DNA of 64,000 bases from an archaeon GW2011_AR18 (lineage in GTDB: Archaea; Nanobdellota; Nanobdellia; SCGC-AAA011-G17; GW2011-AR18). Shown here in pieces: positions 60,582 to 64,000 of this stretch (positions within the stretch are counted from its first letter, which is position 1; every line of letters begins with the position of its first letter). A program made the translations under genes and the position numbers. The DNA is taken from assembly GCA_000806155.1 (NCBI GenBank), contig JWKX01000006.1, positions 4,446 to 68,445 of the forward strand, given 5' to 3'. Below the pieces are notes generated by a model. The model was not told the DNA's origin. It worked only from the letters and a program-made list of their open reading frames with translations, and made no database searches.

Positions 60582-61181
60582 TTATAATCTTGATATTAAT
60601 ATTGTTTCTCTGTTTGTTCCAGGATAGTTTCTTGCTTTTTCCATAGTTTCTATAAGTATATTCATGTTTTTTTCAGGATAATTTGGTCCGGGATTATGAC
60701 TATAGATATATTTTTCATCATATCCTGTTATTACAACAAAGTGTCCTTGATATCCATCTTTTTTGCATAATACATTCCAATTTATTAGGCTTATAATTAC
60801 TTTATTTTTATTTAATGTATCTTTTAGTTCTTTTAGTGTAAATTCTTTTTCTTTTATTTTTACTCCTGTTTTTTTAGCCTTTTTTCTTATTTCTTTTTCT
60901 TGATTCATATATTCTCCATATTTTTCTAAGAACTCTTTTTTATCAGTTTCATTCATCTCTTCTCCAGTTTTATAATAGAACTCTACATTTAGTCCATATT
61001 CTCTCAATGCTTTTGCTAATCCAATTGTCATTGTTCCATATTCTTGATGTTTTATTGATTTTATAGAAATTTCTTCTATATCAAATTCTTTTTCTGGATA
61101 ATAAAATTTTAAAACCATTAAAGCACAATCTTGAGCACAATAATATTTCTTTCCAGGATAGAATGGAACATCTAATATCAT
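60582..61181 (-). CDS. Papain-like C39-like cysteine peptidase family protein
   Basis: YYCAQDCALMVL (Cys) and HFVVITGYD (His) pattern. Confidence 0.4.
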   Translation of the reverse strand: MILDVPFYPGKKYYCAQDCALMVLKFYYPEKEFDIEEISIKSIKHQEYGTMTIGLAKALREYGLNVEFYYKTGEEMNETDKKEFLEKYGEYMNQEKEIRKKAKKTGVKIKEKEFTLKELKDTLNKNKVIISLINWNVLCKKDGYQGHFVVITGYDEKYIYSHNPGPNYPEKNMNILIETMEKARNYPGTNRETILISRL

Positions 61182-61242
61182 ACAAAAAATAAAGTTATTT
61201 AATATAAAAGTTTATCTGACATAATTAGATCTGATATTCCTT

Positions 61243-61518
61243 TCATCTTCCAGAAAACCATAATTGTAAAATGTCATAATAGAAGTTATCAGTAAGAGTT
61301 GTTGAGGGTTCATATTTCTCTTTAACAATTTCAATTTTATCAACTGGTAAATATAGTGTTGATCTCCTAGAACTTAGTGGCACTTCTTGATATAGTATTT
61401 CTTCATCATTCAACCATCTTAAGATGTCTCTTTGGTCACGAGCTTCAGGTGTATTAACATTTTCACTCCATAAATTACTATATTTAACCATTCCTTCTAG
61501 TTTTGCTTGTGAATCCAT
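61243..61518 (-). CDS. Hypothetical protein
   Basis: ORF of 91 aa. Confidence 0.3.
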   Translation of the reverse strand: MDSQAKLEGMVKYSNLWSENVNTPEARDQRDILRWLNDEEILYQEVPLSSRRSTLYLPVDKIEIVKEKYEPSTTLTDNFYYDILQLWFSGR

Positions 61519-61569
61519 AAATTATTTACGAAAAATAGGTTTATAAGTATTATTATAATTAAAAATATA

Positions 61570-62587
61570 ATGAAAAACTTGATATGCCTCGGCATCGAAA
61601 GTACTGCACTTTAATAGCAGAGATACATTCGGTGTCGGTATTGTTGATAGTGAGAAGAATATCCTTGGAGATATAAGATATAATTACACAACCACTAAAG
61701 GTGGAATAATTCCTATTGAAGCTGCTAAAGCTCATTCTTCTAATAAAGAAAGAGTTCTTCAAGAAGCTTTAGATCAGGCTAAATTAAAACTCGAAGATAT
61801 TGATTTTATTGCCTTCTCTATGGGTCCAGGTTTAAGTCCATCGCTGATTATCGGTAAAGATTTCGCTAAAGAGTTAGCATTAAGATATAATAAGCCTTTA
61901 GTTGCTGTTAATCATCTTGCTGGTCATTTGGAAGAAGGTAAATTTTTCACTCCTTCTAAAGATCCTGTTTATGTTTTTGTCTCTGGTGCTAATACTCAGA
62001 TTATTGCTCATGAGGGTAATAAGTTCAGAATTTTTGGTGAAGCTCTATCTGTAGGTTTAGGTAATGCTTTGGATAAGTTTGGTAGGGAAGTTGGTTTAGG
62101 TTTTCCAGCAGGTCCTAAGATCGAAGCTCTAGCTAAGAATGGTAAATATATTGAGCTTCCTTATAATGTTAAAGGTATGGATGTTGAATTCTCTGGTATT
62201 GTTACTCATTGTATTAATTTATTTAAGAAAGGTATTCCAGTTGAGGATCTTTGTTATTCTTTACAAGAAACTGGTTTTGCTATGCTTATTGAAGTTACAG
62301 AACGCGCATTAGCTCATACAGGTAAGAATGAAGCACTTTTAATTGGTGGTGTATCAGCTAACCAAAGATTTGTTGAAATGTTAAATTCTATGTGTTCTGA
62401 ACGTGGTGCTAAAGCTTTTGCCTGTCCTTTGAAATATAGTATGGATAATGGTGTTCAGATTGCTATTGCTGGTTTACTTCAATTCAAATATGATTACAAT
62501 GTTTTTAAAGATAAAGAAATTAATGAAGTTGATATTGATCCTAACTGGAGGATTGATGAAGTTGAGACTCCATGGATTAAGAAATAA
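61570..62587 (+). CDS. kae1: Kae1/TsaD t6A synthesis protein with apparent +1 frameshift near codon 14
   Basis: MKNLICLGIESTAL then TAA. Dropping one T of CTTT at 61609-61612 restores NSRDTFGVGIVD...AFSMGPGLSPSL. The track ORF begins only at internal M (61820). Confidence 0.75.
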
Positions 62588-62617
62588 GGTTTTAAAGTTT
62601 TCTAATACATTAATTAT

Positions 62618-63067
62618 ATGAAAATATCAACAGAAAATTATGCACGTTGGAGATTTGTTCTACCATTGATAATGGCAACAACAGCTAGCACAACTTATGG
62701 TGTTGAATCATATAGAAGGTATGAAAAGGCGTCTAGAACAATAGAAATAGCTACACAGGCATTAGATGATGTAATTGAAGTGATTAATAACCAAAGGAAA
62801 ATATTAACTGAACTACAGTCCAGTGCTAATATTTGTGTGCAGGGGTTTAATAATTGCAATGAGATAGTATATAGTAGTAAGGAAACAATAGATATCATGA
62901 ATCGTTCATATGATGCATTGAATTCAAGATTTACCACTTGCAATAATAGAAACAGAAATCTGGTTGATTTAGTTAAAAATTACGTAGTACCAGTTTTAAA
63001 TGAATGCATGGAAGAAAATAACAGAGATAATGTAGCAATAGAAATTCCAAAAGTTAAAAAAATATGA
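62618..63067 (+). CDS. Hypothetical protein
   Basis: ORF of 149 aa. Confidence 0.3.
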   Translation: MKISTENYARWRFVLPLIMATTASTTYGVESYRRYEKASRTIEIATQALDDVIEVINNQRKILTELQSSANICVQGFNNCNEIVYSSKETIDIMNRSYDALNSRFTTCNNRNRNLVDLVKNYVVPVLNECMEENNRDNVAIEIPKVKKI

Positions 63068-63257
63068 TATTTCTCAATATATTCTTTCTGCTCTAACTTT
63101 TCTAAACTTATATTTATAAAATCTTCTTATCAATCTTATCTTAGTAAAGTATTGTATTTTTGCAATAAATCTTTATAAATAGTCTTGTTTTCCTTATATT
63201 TGGAAAGAGGGGTGAGAGGCCTCTAAATTTATATATCTTATACTTCTTTATTTTTGT

Positions 63258-64000
63258 ATGGCTAAGAACTTCTGGTTTGTTGTAGATCGCGTAATTAAGG
63301 AATCTGATATTATCATTGAGGTGATTGATGCTCGTTTTATTGAAGAAACTAGGAATAAGGAATTAGAACGTAAAGTTAAGAGAGCTAATAAGAGATTGAT
63401 TCATGCTATTAACAAATCTGATTTGATTAAGGATTTTGTTGATGATATTGCTCTTCCTTTCAAGAATTTTGTTTTCATATCAGCTAAGGAGAATTTAGGA
63501 ACTTCTAGATTGAGAAGTATGATTAAGGATTTATGCAAGAAAAGACCTTTGAATGTTGGTGTTGTTGGTTATCCTAATACTGGTAAGTCATCTTTAATTA
63601 ATACTTTAAAACAAAAAAGAGCTGCTGGTACTAGTTCTACTCCTGGTTTTACTAAAGGTATGCAGAAAATCAAAGTCTCTGAAGGTATTTATCTAATAGA
63701 TACTCCAGGTGTTATCCATTACAGGTTAGAGGATGAAGCACATCAGGCTATCATTAATACTAAGGATGTTAATAAGATTAAGGATCCTGAAGCTGTTGCT
63801 TTGAGGATTATCGATAAGATTGTTGCTGAAGATCAAAAAATTTTAGAAGATTTTTATAATATTAAATGTAAATCTCTTCACGAAGATACTTTACGTGAAA
63901 TAGCTTTAAGATTTAACTGGTTATTGAAAGGTGGTGAACCTAATATTGATATGACAGCTAGAAGGATTATCAATGATTGGCAAAGAGGAAAACTTATTAT
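63258..64000 (+). CDS. Circularly permuted GTPase (YlqF/RbgA/Nug1-like ribosome biogenesis GTPase), 3'-truncated by window end
   Basis: G4 NKSD precedes G1 GYPNTGKSS and G3 DTPG. The ORF runs off the window. Confidence 0.7.
   Translation, partial: MAKNFWFVVDRVIKESDIIIEVIDARFIEETRNKELERKVKRANKRLIHAINKSDLIKDFVDDIALPFKNFVFISAKENLGTSRLRSMIKDLCKKRPLNVGVVGYPNTGKSSLINTLKQKRAAGTSSTPGFTKGMQKIKVSEGIYLIDTPGVIHYRLEDEAHQAIINTKDVNKIKDPEAVALRIIDKIVAEDQKILEDFYNIKCKSLHEDTLREIALRFNWLLKGGEPNIDMTARRIINDWQRGKLI

Noticed and set aside
61559-61762. 67-aa minus-strand ORF
   Set aside because: It overlaps the true N-terminal coding region of kae1 on the opposite strand. It is spurious.
1-64000. tRNA, rRNA and SRP RNA genes
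   Set aside because: Scanning the intergenic spacers found no T-loop (GGTTCGAATCC-like) with acceptor-stem pairing, no rRNA-like segments and no SRP domain IV motif. None are reported.

Overview
The window is an AT-rich (roughly 30% GC) chromosomal segment from an archaeon, probably a small-genome or DPANN-like lineage. The marker genes are archaeal: aCPSF1 (KH plus beta-CASP), proteasome beta subunit, archaeal-type ProRS, diphthine synthase, class I CCA-adding enzyme, Kae1, translin, Ogg, and an RNase P RNA that was not in the ORF track (minus strand, about 5370-5779). The most unusual region is an island of about 6 kb (about 23.3-29.4 kb) that separates transaldolase from transketolase inside a pentose-phosphate gene cluster (gnd, zwf, pgi, tal ... 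tkt, rpe, rpiB). The island carries four things. (1) A 681-aa multidomain protein with an N-terminal PD-(D/E)xK-like nuclease motif, a central DGQHR (DndB-like, ParB/Srx fold) domain and a C-terminal HEPN-like R-x4-6-H motif; this is a candidate new single-gene defence system. (2) A lipoprotein serpin gene split precisely by an IS200-family element (697 bp, Y1 TnpA only). (3) Imperfect inverted repeats bracketing the serpin unit, and a second 12-bp inverted-repeat pair bracketing an amidohydrolase lipoprotein gene. (4) Genes whose third-codon-position bias runs against the otherwise strict strand-specific bias of the window. The + strand is T-rich at wobble positions whatever the gene orientation. 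Other notable features follow. The aCPSF1 gene carries a 175-aa mini-intein inserted exactly in the HxHxDH|CG metallo-beta-lactamase motif. A pair of very large, sequon-rich surface proteins (about 1.7k aa together, parallel-beta-helix-like) is built from about 830-bp near-identical tandem repeats. That gene is apparently broken by a deletion, or an assembly collapse, at a repeat junction, and sits next to a dolichol-kinase-like gene. There are several toxin-antitoxin-like modules: two RelE-like loci (one with an in-frame TAA), a Fic protein, an MNT-HEPN fusion and an orphan HicB. Kae1 has an apparent single-base frameshift. No tRNA, rRNA or CRISPR array was found.
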